Source: Escherichia coli | GTDB taxonomy: Bacteria > Pseudomonadota > Gammaproteobacteria > Enterobacterales > Enterobacteriaceae | NCBI RefSeq assembly: GCF_050320075.1 | Contig: NZ_CP190025.1 | Direction: 5' to 3' (one strand) | Length of the DNA: 5,772 nt | Translations under genes and position numbers: made by a program | Part shown: positions 5,390-5,772 of the stretch, piece after piece | How the letters are laid out: every line of letters begins with the position of its first letter | Numbering within the stretch: the first letter of the stretch is position 1 | The notes under the pieces: generated by a model | What the model was told of the DNA's origin: nothing | The model's input: the letters and a program-made list of their open reading frames with translations, nothing else | Databases searched by the model: none

Positions 5390-5737
5390 ATGATACCGAT
5401 GAAACGCGAGAGGATGCTCACGATACGGGTTACTGATGATGAACATGCCCGGTTACTTGAACGCTGTGAGGGTAAACAACTGGCGGTATGGATGCGGCGG
5501 GTCTGCCTGGGGGAGCCGGTTGCCCGTTCCGGGAGGCTGCCGACACTGGCACCGCCGTTACTGCGTCAGCTGGCCGCCATCGGAAATAACCTGAATCAGA
5601 CAGCGAGGAAGGTGAACAGCGGGCAGTGGTCTTCCGGTGACCGGGTTCAGGTGGTGGCCGCACTGATGGCCATCGGGGATGAGCTGCGCCGGCTGCGTCT
5701 GGCCGTCAGGGAACAGGGGGCGCGGGATGATAGTTAA
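5390..5737 (+). CDS. mbeC: MbeC/MobC relaxosome accessory protein (start uncertain: in-frame ATGs at 5390, 5399, 5414)
   Basis: ORF ...MLTIRVTDDEHARLLERCEGKQLAVWMRRVCLGEPVARSG... matches recalled ColE1 MbeC; its TAA stop (5735..5737) overlaps the mbeA start (5727). Confidence 0.88.
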   Translation: MIPMKRERMLTIRVTDDEHARLLERCEGKQLAVWMRRVCLGEPVARSGRLPTLAPPLLRQLAAIGNNLNQTARKVNSGQWSSGDRVQVVAALMAIGDELRRLRLAVREQGARDDS

Positions 5738-5772
5738 ATTTCATGCCAGGGGAAAAGGTGGTGGCAGTGGTC
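5727..5772 (+). CDS. mbeA: MbeA relaxase, 5' start (continues at position 1 across the window junction)
   Basis: ATG at 5727 followed by IVKFHARGKGGGSG, the recalled MbeA N-terminus, overlapping the end of mbeC; frame continues into 1..1508. Confidence 0.9.
   Translation, partial: MIVKFHARGKGGGSG

Noticed and set aside
5159-5446. 95-aa ORF as an extended Rop
   Set aside because: Rop is 63 aa and starts at the GTG at 5350 with a GGAGG Shine-Dalgarno; the upstream 32 codons would overlap the divergent mbeC promoter and start region.
5430-5663. 77-aa minus-strand ORF antisense to mbeC
   Set aside because: Antisense to a conserved gene; Pro/Ala/Arg-rich translation typical of a GC-rich antisense frame.
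1-5772. CRISPR arrays, insertion sequences, transposon ends, integrase or resistance genes
   Set aside because: No spaced direct-repeat arrays, no terminal inverted repeats bracketing a transposase-like ORF, and no ORF resembling an integrase or a known resistance determinant were seen.

Overview
The 5772-bp window reads as one complete, circularly permuted ColE1/pMB1-family mobilisable plasmid: the two window ends join in frame inside the relaxase gene mbeA (5727..5772 + 1..1508 = 518 codons including stop). The GC-balanced backbone carries mbeA with nested mbeB and mbeD, a cer-like Xer multimer-resolution site, the RNAII/RNAI replication-control region and origin, bom/oriT, rop and mbeC. 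Between cer and the RNAII promoter lies a strongly AT-rich cargo segment (about 1715..4140). It carries a minus-strand two-gene operon: a 296-aa lysine-rich protein of no family I can recognise, coupled by an ATGA overlap to a HAAAP-family amino-acid permease. Divergent from that operon is a well-formed type-II (long variable arm) tRNA gene whose anticodon arm is atypical (canonical register gives CUU on a Ser-like body). This cargo module is the candidate undescribed system; its function cannot be assigned from sequence alone. No tools or database searches were run: family calls rest on recalled signature motifs and on remembered ColE1/pBR322 sequence, and all boundaries of non-coding elements are approximate.
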